This document shows, one piece after another, positions 10,001 through 23,814 of a stretch of 64,000 bases of DNA (positions within the stretch are counted from its first letter, which is position 1; each line of letters starts with the position of its first letter). The notes below the pieces were generated by a model. The model was not told the origin of the DNA. It made no database searches and worked only from the letters and a program-made list of their open reading frames with translations. The position numbers were made by a program, and so were the translations under genes. Source of the stretch: the human T2T-CHM13v2.0 reference genome, Homo sapiens; the NCBI RefSeq assembly GCF_009914755.1, contig NC_060942.1; one strand, given 5' to 3'.

Positions 10001-13000
10001 TTTTCGTGGAATCTGCAGGAGGATATTTGGATAGCTTTGAGGGTTATGTTGGAAACGGGATTACATGTACAAAGCAGACAGCAGCATTCTCAGAAGCTTC
10101 TTTATGATGTTTGCGTTCAAGTCACAGAGTTGAACGTTCCCTTTCATAGAGCAGGTTTCAAGCCCTCTTTCTGCAGTATCTGGAAGTGGACATTTCGAGC
10201 GCTTTCAGGCCTATGGTGAACAAGGAAATATCTTCCCATGCAAACTAGACAGAAGCATTCGCAGAAACTTGTTTGTGATGTGTGTCCTCAACTCACAGAG
10301 TTGAACATTTGGTTTGACAGAGCAGTTTGGAAACACGATTTTTGTAGAATCTGCAAGTGGATATTTGGATGGCTTTGTGGATTTCGTTGGAAACGGGAGT
10401 ATCTTCATAGAAAACCTAGACAGTAACATTCTCAGAAACGGCTTTGTGATATCCGCATTCACGTCACAGAGTTGAACATTCCCTTTCATAGAGCAGGTTT
10501 GAAACACCCTTTCTGTAGTATCTGGATGTGGGCACATGGAGCTCTTGGACGCTTATGGTGAAAAAGGAAATATCGTCCCATAAAACCTAGACAAAAGCAT
10601 TCTCACAAACTGCTTTGTGACGTATGTCGTCAGCTAACAGAGTTGAGCATTTCTATTCACAGAGCAGTTTTGAAAGACTCTTTTGGAGTATCTGCTAGTG
10701 GATATGTGGAGAGCTTTAAGGATTTCACTGGAAACCGGAATATCTTCAGGTAAAATCTAGACAGAGGCATTCTCAGAAACTTCTTTGTAATGTGTGTCCT
10801 CAACTAACAGTGTACAACCTATCTTTTGATACAGCACGTTGGAAACACTCTTTTTATAGAATCTGCAAGTGGATATTTGGATAGCTCTAACGATTTCGTT
10901 GGAAACGGGAATACCTTCATATAAAATCTAGACAGTGGCACTCGCAGAAACTGCTTTGTGATATCTGCATTCAAGCCACAGAGTTGAACATCTCCCTTCC
11001 TAAAGCAGGTTTGAAACACTCTTTCTGTCGTATCTGGAAGTGGACATTTGGAGCACTTTGACGCCTTTGGTGAAAAAGGAAATGTCTTCCCATCAAAACT
11101 AGACAGAAGCATTCTAAGAAACATTTTTGGGATATATGTACTCAACTAACAGAGTTGAACCTTTCTCTTTATAGATCAGTTTTGGAAAGCTCTTTATGTG
11201 GAATCTGCAGATGGATATTCGGATAGCTCTGAGGATTTCGTTGGAGACGGGAATACATAAAGAAAGTAGACAGCAGCATTCTCGGGAGATTCTTTGTGAT
11301 GTTTGCTTTGAAGTCACAGAGTTGAATATTCCCTTCAATAGAGCAGGTTTGAAACACTCTTTCTGTAGTATCTGGAAGTGGACATTTCGATCGATTTCAG
11401 GCCTATGTTGAAAAAGGAAATATCTTAACATAAAAACTAGACAGAAGCATTCTCAGAAACGTCTTTGTGATGTGTGTCCTCAACTAACAGAGTTCAACCT
11501 TTCTTATGATACAGCAGTTGGGAAACACTCTTTTTATAGAATTTGCAAGTTGATACATGGATAGCCCTAACTATTTCGTTGGAAACGGGAATATCTTCAC
11601 ATAAAACCTAGACAGAAGCACTCTCAGAAACTACTTTGTGATATCTGCATTGATATCAGAGAGTTGAATATTCCCTTTCTAAGGGCAGGCTTGAAAGCGT
11701 CTTTTCGTGGAATCTGCAGGAGGATATTTGGATAGCTTTGAGGGTTACGTTGGAAACGGGATTACATGTACAAAGCAGACAGCAGCATTCTCAGAAGCTT
11801 CTTTATGATGTTTGCGTTCAAGTCACAGAGTTGAACGTTCCCTTTCATAGAGCAGGTTTCAAACCCTCTTTCTGCAGTATCTGGAAGTGGACATTTCGAG
11901 CGCTTTCAGGCCTATGGTGAACAAGGAAATATCTTCCCATGCAAACTAGACAGAAGCATTCGCAGAAACTTGTTTGTGATGTGTGTCCTCAACTCACAGA
12001 GTTGAACATTTCGTTTGACAGAGCAGTTTGGAAACACGATTTTTGTAGAATCTGCAAGTGGATATTTGGATGGCTTTGTGGATTTCGTTGGAAACGGGAG
12101 TATCTTCATAGAAAACCTAGACAGTAACATTCTCAGAAACGGCTTTGTGATATCCGCATTCACGTCACAGAGTTGAACATTCCCTTTCATAGAGCAGGTT
12201 TGAAACACCCTTTCTGTAGTATCTGGATGTGGGCACTTGGAGCTCTTGGACGCTTATGGTGAAAAAGGAAATATCGTCCCATAAAACCTAGACAGAAGCA
12301 TTCTCACAAACTGCTTTGTGACGTATGTCGTCAGCTAACAGAGTTGAGCATTTCTATTCACAGAGCAGTTTTGAAAGACTCTTTTGGAGTATCTGCTAGT
12401 GGATATGTGGAGAGCTTTAAGGATTTCACTGGAAACCGGAATATCTTCAGGTAAAATCTAGACAGAGGCATTCTCAGAAACTTCTTTGTCATGTGTGTCC
12501 TCAACTAACAGTGTACAACCTATCTTTTGATACAGCACGTTGGAAACACTCTTTTTATAGAATCTGCAAGTGGATATTTGGATAGCTCTAACGATTTCGT
12601 TGGAAACGGGAATACCTTCATATAAAATATAGACAGTGGCACTCTCAGAAACTGCTTTGTGATATCTGCATTCAAGCCACAGAGTTGAACATTTCCCTTC
12701 CTAAAGCAGGTTTGAAACACTCTTTCTGTCGTATCTGGAAGTGGACATTTGGAGCACTTTGACGCCTTTGGTGAAAAAGGAAATGTCTTCCCATCAAAAC
12801 TAGACAGAAGCATTCTAAGAAACATTTTTGGGATATATGTACTCAAGTAACAGAGTTGAACCTTTCTCTTTATAGATCAGTTTTGGAAAGCTCTTTATGT
12901 GGAATCTGCAAATGGATATTCGGATAGCTCTGAGGATTTCGTTGGAGACGGGAATACATAAAGAATGTAGACAGCAGCATTCTCGGGAGATTCTTTGTGA

Positions 13001-16000
13001 TGTTTGCTTTGAAGTCACAGAGTTGAATATTCCCTTCAATAGAGCAGGTTTGAAACACTCTTTCTGTAGTATCTGGAAGTGGCCATTTCGATCGATTTCA
13101 GGCCTATGTTGAAAAAGGAAATATCTTAACATAAAAACTAGACAGAAGCATTCTCAGAAACGTCTTTGTGATGTGTGTCCTCAACTAACAGAGTTCAACC
13201 TTTCTTATGATACAGCAGTTTGGAAACACTCTTTTTATAGAATTTGCAAGCTGATACATGGATAGCCCTAACTATTTCGTTGGAAACGGGAATATCTTCA
13301 CATAAAACCTAGACAGAAGCACTCTCAGAAACTACTTTGTGATATCTGCATTGATATCAGAGAGTTGAATATTCCCTTTCTAAGGGCAGGCTTGAAAGCG
13401 TCTTTTCGTGGAATCTGCAGGAGGATATTTGGATAGCTTTGAGGGTTACGTTGGAAACGGGATTACATGTACAAAGCAGACAGCAGCATTCTCAGAAGCT
13501 TCTTTATGATGTTTGCGTTCAAGTCACAGAGTTGAACGTTCCCTTTCATAGAGCAGGTTTCAAACCCTCTTTCTGCAGTATCTGGAAGTGGACATTTCGA
13601 GCGCTTTCAGGCCTATGGTGAACAAGGAAATATCTTCCCATGCAAACTAGACAGAAGCATTCGCAGAAACTTGTTTGTGATGTGTGTCCTCAACTCACAG
13701 AGTTGAACATTTGGTTTGACAGAGCAGTTTGGAAACACGATTTTTGTAGAATCTGCAAGTGGATATTTGGATGGCTTTGTGGATTTCGTTGGAAACGGGA
13801 GTATCTTCATAGAAAACCTAGACAGTAACATTCTCAGAAACGGCTTTGTGATATCCGCATTCACGTCACAGAGTTGAACATTCCCTTTCATAGAGCAGGT
13901 TTGAAACACCCTTTCTGTAGTATCTGGATGTGGGCACTTGGAGCTCTTGGACGCTTATGGTGAAAAAGGAAATATCGTCCCATAAAACCTAGACAGAAGC
14001 ATTCTCACAAACTGCTTTGTGACGTATGTCGTCAGCTAACAGAGTTGAGCATTTCTATTCACAGAGCAGTTTTGAAAGACTCTTTTGGAGTATCTGCTAG
14101 TGGATATGTGGAGAGCTTTAAGGATTTCACTGGAAACCGGAATATCTTCAGGTAAAATCTAGACAGAGGCATTCTCAGAAACTTCTTTGTAATGTGTGTC
14201 CTCAACTAACAGTGTACAACCTATCTTTTGATACAGCACGTTGGAAACACTCTTTTTATAGAATCTGCAAGTGGATATTTGGATAGCTCTAACGATTTCG
14301 TTGGAAACGGGAATCCCTTCATATAAAATCTAGACAGTTGCACTCGCAGAAACTGCTTTGTGATATCTGCATTCAAGCCACAGAGTTGAACATTTCCCTT
14401 CCTAAAGCAGGTTTGAAACACTCTTTATGTCGTATCTGGAAGTGGACATTTGGAGCACTTTGACGCCTTTGGTGAAAAAGGAAATGTCTTCCCATCAAAA
14501 CTAGACAGAAGCTTTCTAAGAAACATTTTTGGGATATATGTACTCAACTAACAGAGTTGAACCTTTCTCTTTACAGATCAGTTTTGGAAAGCTCTTTATG
14601 TGGAATCTGCAGATGGATATTCGGATAGCTCTGAGGATTTCGTTGGAGACGGGAATACATAAAGAAAGTAGACAGCAGCATTCTCGGGAGATCCTTTGTG
14701 ATGTTTGCTTTGAAGTCACAGAGTTGAATATTCCCTTCAATAGAGCAGGTTTGAAACACTCTTTCTGTAGTATCTGGAAGTGGCCATTTCGATCAATTTC
14801 AGGCCTATGTTGAAAAAGGAAATATCTTAACATAAAAACTAGACAGAAGCATTCTCAGAAACGTCTTTGTGATGTGTGTCCTCAACTAACAGAGTTCAAC
14901 CTTTCTTATGATACAGCAGTTGGGAAACACTCTTTTTATAGAATTTGCAAGTTGATACATGGATAGCCCTAACTATTTCGTTGGAAACGGGAATATCTTC
15001 ACATAAAACCTAGACAGAAGCACTCTCAGAAACTACTTTGTGATATCTGCATTGATATCAGAGAGTTGAATATTCCCTTTCTAAGGGCAGGCATGAAAGC
15101 GTCTTTTTTTGGAATCTGCAGGAGGATATTTGGATAGCTTTGAGTGTTACGTTGGAAACGGGATTACATGTACAAAGCAGACAGCAGCATTCTCAGAAGC
15201 TTCTTTATGATGTTTGCGTTCAAGTCACAGAGTTGAACGTTCCCTTTCATAGTGCAGGTTTCAAACCCTCTTTCTGCAGTATCTGGAAGTGGACATTTCG
15301 AGCGCTTTCAGGCCTATGGTGAACAAGGAAATATCTTCCCATGCAAACTAGACAGAAGCATTCGCAGAAACTTGTTTGTGATGTGTGTCCTCAACTCACA
15401 GAGTTGAACATTTGGTTTGACAGAGCAGTTTGGAAACACGATTTTTGTAGAATCTGCAAGTGGATATTTGGATGGCTTTGTGGATTTCGTTGGAAACGGG
15501 AGTATCTTCATAGAAAACCTAGACAGTAACATTCTCAGAAACGGCTTTGTGATATCCGCATTCACGTCACAGAGTTGAACATTCCCTTTCATAGAGCAGG
15601 TTTGAAACACCCTTTCTGTAGTATCTGGATGTGGGCACTTGGAGCTCTTGGACGCTTATGGTGAAAAAGGAAATATCGTCCCATAAAACCTAGACAGAAG
15701 CATTCTCACAAACTGCTTTGTGACGTATGTCGTCAGCTAACAGAGTTGAGCATTTCTATTCACAGAGCAGTTTTGAAAGACTCTTTTGGAGTATCTGCTA
15801 GTGGATATGTGGAGAGCTTTAAGGATTTCACCGGAAACCGGAATATCTTCAGGTAAAATCTAGACAGAGGCATTCTCAGAAACTTCTTTGTAATGTGTGT
15901 CCTCAACTAACAGTGTACAACCTATCTTTTGATACAGCACGTTGGAAACACTCTTTTTATAGAATCTGCAAGTGGATATTTGGATAGCTCTAACGATTTC

Positions 16001-17500
16001 GTTGGAAACGGGAATACCTTCATATAAAATCTAGACAGTGGCACTCTCAGAAACTGCTTTGTGATATCTGCATTCAAGCCACAGAGTTGAACATTTCCCT
16101 TCCTAAAGCAGGTTTGAAACACTCTTTCTGTCGTATCTGGAAGTGGACATTTGGAGCACTTTGACCCCTTTGGTGAAAAAGGAAATGTCTTCCCATCAAA
16201 ACTAGACAGAAGCATTCTAAGAAACATTTTTGGGATATATGTACTGAACTAACAGAGTTGAACCTTTCTCTTTATAGATCAGTTTTGGAAAGCTCTTTAT
16301 GTGGAATCTGCAGATGGATATTCGGATAGCTCTGAGGATTTCGTTGGAGACGGGAATACATAAAGAAAGTAGACAGCAGCATTCTCGGGAGATTCTTTGT
16401 GATGTTTGCTTTGAAGTCACAGAGTTGAATATTCCCTTCAATAGAGCAGGTTTGAAACACTCTTTCTGTAGTATCTGGAAGTGGACATTTCGATCGATTT
16501 CAGGCCTATGTTGAAAAAGGAAATATCTTAACATAAAAACTAGACAGAAGCATTCTCAGAAACGTCTTTGTGATGTGTGTCCTCAACTAACAGAGTTCAA
16601 CCTTTCTTATGATACAGCAGTTGGGAAACACTCTTTTTATACAATTTGCAAGCTGATACATGGATAGCCCTAACTATTTCGTTGGAAACGGGAATATCTT
16701 CACATAAAACCTAGACAGAAGCACTCTCAGAAACTACTTTGTGATATCTGCATTGATATCAGAGAGTTGAATATTCCCTTTCTAAGGGCAGGCTTGAAAG
16801 CGTCTTTTCGTGGAATCTGCAGGAGGATATTTGGATAGCTTTGAGGGTTATGTTGGAAACGGGATTACATGTACAAAGCAGACAGCAGCATTCTCAGAAG
16901 CTTCTTTATGATGTTTGCGTTCAAGTCACAGAGTTGAACGTTCCCTTTCATAGAGCAGGTTTCAAACCCTCTTTCTGCAGTATCTGGAAGTGGACATTTC
17001 GAGCGCTTTCAGGCCTATGGTGAACAAGGAAATATCTTCCCATGCAAACTAGACAGAAGCATTCGCAGAAACTTGTTTGTGATGTGTGTCCTCAACTCAC
17101 AGAGTTGAACATTTCGTTTGACAGAGCAGTTTGGAAACACGATTTTTGTAGAATCTGCAAGTGGATATTTGGATGGCTTTGTGGATTTCGTTGGAAACGG
17201 GAGTATCTTCATAGAAAACCTAGACAGTAACATTCTCAGAAACGGCTTTGTGATATCCGCATTCACGTCACAGAGTTGAACATTCCCTTTCATAGAGCAG
17301 GTTTGAAACACCCTTTCTGTAGTATCTGGATGTGGGCACATGGAGCTCTTGGACGCTTATGGTGAAAAAGGAAATATCGTCCCATAAAACCTAGACAAAA
17401 GCATTCTCACAAACTGCTTTGTGACGTATGTCGTCAGCTAACAGAGTTGAGCATTTCTATTCACAGAGCAGTTTTGAAAGACTCTTTTGGAGTATCTGCT
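4100..17500 (+). repeat. Tandem duplication of a 4-HOR (6804-bp) block
   Basis: Many rare SNVs recur at exactly +6804 (see findings); edges are approximate. Confidence 0.9.
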
Positions 17501-20412
17501 AGTGGATATGTGGAGAGCTTTAAGGATTTCACTGGAAACCGGAATATCTTCAGGTAAAATCTAGACAGAGGCATTCTCAGAAACTTCTTTGTAATGTTTG
17601 TCCTCAACTAACAGTGTACAACCTATCTTTTGATACAGCACGTTGGAAACACTCTTTTTATAGAATCTGCAAGTGGATATTTGGATAGCTCTAACGATTT
17701 CGTTGGAAACGGGAATACCTTCATATAAAATCTAGACAGTGGCACTCTCAGAAACTGCTTTGTGATATCTGCATTCAAGCCACAGAGTTGAACATTTCCC
17801 TTCCTAAAGCAGGTTTGAAACACTCTTTCTGTCGTATCTGGAAGTGGACATTTGGAGCACTTTGACGCCTTTGGTGAAAAAGGAAATGTCTTCCCATCAA
17901 AACTAGACAGAAGCATTCTAAGAAACATTTTTGGGATATATGTACTCAACTAACAGAGTTGAACCTTTCTCTTTATAGATCAGTTTTGGAAAGCTCTTTA
18001 TGTGGAATCTGCAGATGGATATTCGGATAGCTCTGAGGATTTCGTTGGAGACGGGAATACATAAAGAAAGTAGACAGCAGCATTCTCGGGAGATTCTTTG
18101 TGATGTTTGCTTTGAAGTCACAGAGTTGAATATTCCCTTCAATAGAGCAGGTTTGAAACACTCTTTCTGTAGTATCTGGAAGTGGACATTTCCATCGATT
18201 TCAGGCCTATGTTGAAAAAGGAAATATCTTAACATAAAAACTAGACAGAAGCATTCTCAGAAACGTCTTTGTGATGTGTGTCCTCAACTAACAGAGTTCA
18301 ACCTTTCTTATGATACAGCAGTTGGGAAACACTCTTTTTATAGAATTTGCAAGTTGATACATGGATAGCCCTAACTATTTCGTTGGAAACGGGAATATCT
18401 TCACATAAAACCTAGACAGAAGCACTCTCAGAAACTACTTTGTGATATCTGCATTGATATCAGAGAGTTGAATATTCCCTTTCTAAGGGCAGGCTTGAAA
18501 GCGTCTTTTCGTGGAATCTGCAGGAGGATATTTGGATAGCTTTGAGGGTTACGTTGGAAACGGGATTACATGTACAAAGCAGACAGCAGCATTCTCAGAA
18601 GCTTCTTTATGATGTTTGCGTTCAAGTCACAGAGTTGAACGTTCCCTTTCATAGAGCAGGTTTCAAACCCTCTTTCTGCAGTATCTGGAAGTGGACATTT
18701 CGAGCGCTTTCAGGCCTATGGTGAACAAGGAAATATCTTCCCATGCAAACTAGACAGAAGCATTCGCAGAAACTTGTTTGTGATGTGTGTCCTCAACTCA
18801 CAGAGTTGAACATTTGGTTTGACAGAGCAGTTTGGAAACACGATTTTTGTAGAATCTGCAAGTGGATATTTGGATGGCTTTGTGGATTTCGTTGGAAACG
18901 GGAGTATCTTCATAGAAAACCTAGACAGTAACATTCTCAGAAACGGCTTTGTGATATCCGCATTCACGTCACAGAGTTGAACATTCCCTTTCATAGAGCA
19001 GGTTTGAAACACCCTTTCTGAAGTATCTGGATGTGGGCACTTGGAGCTCTTGGACGCTTATGGTGAAAAAGGAAATATCGTCCCATAAAACCTAGACAGA
19101 AGCATTCTCAGAAACTGCTTTGTGACGTATGTCGTCAGCTAACAGAGTTGAGCATTTCTATTCACAGAGCAGTTTTGAAAGACTCTTTTGGAGTATCTGC
19201 TAGTGGATATGTGGAGAGCTTTAAGGATTTCACTGGAAACCGGAATATCTTCAGGTAAAATCTAGACAGAGGCATTCTCAGAAACTTCTTTGTAATGTGT
19301 GTCCTCAACTAACAGTGTACAACCTATCTTTTGATACAGCACGTTGGAAACACTCTTTTTATAGAATCTGCAAGTGGATATTTTGATAGCTCTAACGATT
19401 TCGTTGGAAACGGGAATCCCTTCATATAAAATCTAGACAGTGGCACTCGCAGAAACTGCTTTGTGATATCTGCATTCAAGCCACAGAGTTGAACATTTCC
19501 CTTCCTAAAGCAGGTTTGAAACACTCTTTCTGTCGTATCTGGAAGTGGACATTTGGAGCACTTTGACGCCTTTGGTGAAAAAGGAAATGTCTTCCCATCA
19601 AAACTAGACAGAAGCATTCTAAGAAACATTTTTGGGATATATGTACTCAACTAACAGAGTTGAACCTTTCTCTTTACAGATCAGTTTTGGAAAGCTCTTT
19701 ATGTGGAATCTGCAGATGGATATTCGGATAGCTCTGAGGATTTCGTTGGAGACGGGAATACATAAAGAAAGTAGACAGCAGCATTCTCCGGAGATTCTTT
19801 GTGATGTTTGCTTTTCAGTCACAGAGTTGAATATTCCCTTCAATAGAGCAGGTTTGAAACACTCTTTCTGTAGTATCTGGAAGTGGCCATTTCGATCGAT
19901 TTCAGGCCTATGTTGAAAAAGGAAATATCTTAACATAAAAACTAGACAGAAGCATTCTCAGAAACGTCTTTGTGATGTGTGTCCTCAACTAACAGAGTTC
20001 AACCTTTCTTATGATACAGCAGTTGGGAAACACTCTTTTTATAGAATTTGCAAGTTGATACATGGATAGCCCTAACTATTTCGTTGGAAACGGGAATATC
20101 TTCACATAAAACCTAGACAGAAGCACTCTCAGAAACTACTTTGTGATATCTGCATTGATATCAGAGAGTTGAATATTCCCTTTCTAAGGGCAGGCTTGAA
20201 AGCGTCTTTTCGTGGAATCTGCAGGAGGATATTTGGATAGCTTTGAGGGTTACGTTGGAAACGGGATTACATGTACAAAGCAGACAGCAGCATTCTCAGA
20301 AGCTTCTTTATGATGTTTGCGTTCAAGTCACAGAGTTGAACGTTCCCTTTCATAGAGCAGGTTTCAAACCCTCTTTCTGCAGTATCTGGAAGTGGACATT
20401 TCGAGCGCTTTC

Positions 20413-23400
20413 AGGCCTATGGTGAACAAGGAAATATCTTCCCATGCAAACTAGACAGAAGCATTCGCAGAAACTTGTTTGTGATGTGTGTCCTCAACTC
20501 ACAGAGTTGAACATTTCGTTTGACAGAGCAGTTTGGAAACACGATTTTTGTAGAATCTGCAAGTGGATATTTGGATGGCTTTGTGGATTTCGTTGGAAAC
20601 GGGAGTATCTTCATAGAAAACCTAGACAGTAACATTCTCAGAAACGGCTTTGTGATATCCGCATTCACGTCACAGAGTTGAACATTCCCTTTCATAGAGC
20701 AGGTTTGAAACACCCTTTCTGAAGTATCTGGATGTGGGCACTTGGAGCTCTTGGACGCTTATGGTGAAAAAGGAAATATCGTCCCATAAAACCTAGACAG
20801 AAGCATTCTCAGAAACTGCTTTGTGACGTATGTCGTCAGCTAACAGAGTTGAGCATTTCTATTCACAGAGCAGTTTTGAAAGACTCTTTTGGAGTATCTG
20901 CTAGTGGATATGTGGAGAGCTTTAAGGATTTCACTGGAAACCGGAATATCTTCAGGTAAAATCTAGACAGAGGCATTCTCAGAAACTTCTTTGTAATGTG
21001 TGTCCTCAACTAACAGTGTACAACCTATCTTTTGATACAGCACGTTGGAAACACTCTTTTTATAGAATCTGCAAGTGGACATTTGGATAGCTCTAACGAT
21101 TTCGTTGGAAACGGGAATCCCTTCATATAAAATCTAGACAGTGGCACTCGTAGAAACTGCTTTGTGATATCTGCATTCAAACCACAGAGTTGAACATTTC
21201 CCTTCCTAAAGCAGGTTTGAAACACTCTTTCTGTCGTATCTGGAAGTGGACATTTGGAGCACTTTGACGCCTTTGGTGAAAAAGGAAATGTCTTCCCATC
21301 AAAACTAGACAGAAGCATTCTAAGAAACATTTTTGGGATATATGTACTCAACTAACAGAGTTGAACCTTTCTCTTTACAGATCAGTTTTGGAAAGCTCTT
21401 TATGTGGAATCTGCAGATGGATATTCGGATAGCTCTGAGGATTTCTTTGGAGACGGGAATACATAAAGAAAGTAGACAGCAGCATTCTCGGGAGATTCTT
21501 TGTGATGTTTGCTTTTCAGTCACAGAGTTGAATATTCCCTTCAATAGAGCAGGTTTGAAACACTCTTTCTGTAGTATCTGGAAGTGGCCATTTCGATCGA
21601 TTTCAGGCCTATGTTGAAAAAGGAAATATCTTAACATAAAAACTAGACAGAAGCATTCTCAGAAACGTCTTTGTGATGTGTGTCCTCAACTAACAGAGTT
21701 CAACCTTTCTTATGATACAGCAGTTGGGAAACACTCTTTTTATAGAATTTGCAAGTTGATACATGGATAGCCCTAACTATTTCGTTGGAAACGGGAATAT
21801 CTTCACATAAAACCTAGACAGAAGCACTCTCAGAAACTACTTTGTGATATCTGCATTGATATCAGAGAGTTGAATATTCCCTTTCTAAGGGCAGGCTTGA
21901 AAGCGTCTTTTCGTGGAATCTGCAGGAGGATATTTGGATAGCTTTGAGGGTTACGTTGGAAACGGGATTACATGTACAAAGCAGACAGCAGCATTCTCAG
22001 AAGCTTCTTTATGATGTTTGCGTTCAAGTCACAGAGTTGAACGTTCCCTTTCATAGAGCAGGTTTCAAACCCTCTTTCTGCAGTATCTGGAAGTGGACAT
22101 TTCGAGCGCTTTCAGGCCTATGGTGAACAAGGAAATATCTTCCCATGCAAACTAGACAGAAGCATTCGCAGAAACTTGTTTGTGATGTGTGTCCTCAACT
22201 CACAGAGTTGAACATTTCGTTTGACAGAGCAGTTTGGAAACACGATTTTTGTAGAATCTGCAAGTGGATATTTGGATGGCTTTGTGGATTTCGTTGGAAA
22301 CGGGAGTATCTTCATAGAAAACCTAGACAGTAACATTCTCAGAAACGGCTTTGTGATATCCGCATTCACGTCACAGAGTTGAACATTCCCTTTCATAGAG
22401 CAGGTTTGAAACACCCTTTCTGAAGTATCTGGATGTGGGCACTTGGAGCTCTTGGACGCTTATGGTGAAAAAGGAAATATCGTCCCATAAAACCTAGACA
22501 GAAGCATTCTCAGAAACTGCTTTGTGACGTATGTCGTCAGCTAACAGAGTTGAGCATTTCTATTCACAGAGCAGTTTTGAAAGACTCTTTTGGAGTATCT
22601 GCTAGTGGATATGTGGAGAGCTTTAAGGATTTCACTGGAAACCGGAATATCTTCAGGTAAAATCTAGACAGAGGCATTCTCAGAAACTTCTTTGTAATGT
22701 GTGTCCTCAACTAACAGTGTACAACCTATCTTTTGATACAGCACGTTGGAAACACTCTTTTTATAGAATCTGCAAGTGGACATTTGGATAGCTCTAACGA
22801 TTTCGTTGGAAACGGGAATCCCTTCATATAAAATCTAGACAGTGGCACTCGTAGAAACTGCTTTGTGATATCTGCATTCAAACCACAGAGTTGAACATTT
22901 CCCTTCCTAAAGCAGGTTTGAAACACTCTTTCTGTCGTATCTGGAAGTGGACATTTGGAGCACTTTGACGCCTTTGGTGAAAAAGGAAATGTCTTCCCAT
23001 CAAAACTAGACAGAAGCATTCTAAGAAACATTTTTGGGATATATGTACTCAACTAACAGAGTTGAACCTTTCTCTTTACAGATCAGTTTTGGAAAGCTCT
23101 TTATGTGGAATCTGCAGATGGATATTCGGATAGCTCTGAGGATTTCTTTGGAGACGGGAATACATAAAGAAAGTAGACAGCAGCATTCTCGGGAGATTCT
23201 TTGTGATGTTTGCTTTTCAGTCACAGAGTTGAATATTCCCTTCAATAGAGCAGGTTTGAAACACTCTTTCTGTAGTATCTGGAAGTGGCCATTTCGATCG
23301 ATTTCAGGCCTATGTTGAAAAAGGAAATATCTTAACATAAAAACTAGACAGAAGCATTCTCAGAAACGTCTTTGTGATGTGTGTCCTCAACTAACAGAGT

Positions 23401-23814
23401 TCAACCTTTCTTATGATACAGCAGTTGGGAAACACTCTTTTTATAGAATTTGCAAGTTGATACATGGATAGCCCTAACTATTTCGTTGGAAACGGGAATA
23501 TCTTCACATAAAACCTAGACAGAAGCACTCTCAGAAACTACTTTGTGATATCTGCATTGATATCAGAGAGTTGAATATTCCCTTTCTAAGGGCAGGCTTG
23601 AAAGCGTCTTTTCGTGGAATCTGCAGGAGGATATTTGGATAGCTTTGAGGGTTACGTTGGAAACGGGATTACATGTACAAAGCAGACAGCAGCATTCTCA
23701 GAAGCTTCTTTATGATGTTTGCGTTCAAGTCACAGAGTTGAACGTTCCCTTTCATAGAGCAGGTTTCAAACCCTCTTTCTGCAGTATCTGGAAGTGGACA
23801 TTTCGAGCGCTTTC
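20413..23814 (+). repeat. Adjacent near-identical HOR pair (HOR13=HOR14)
   Basis: Both share GTGGACATTTGGATAG, CACTCGTAGAA, CAAACCACAG and ATTTCTTTGGAG. Confidence 0.88.
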
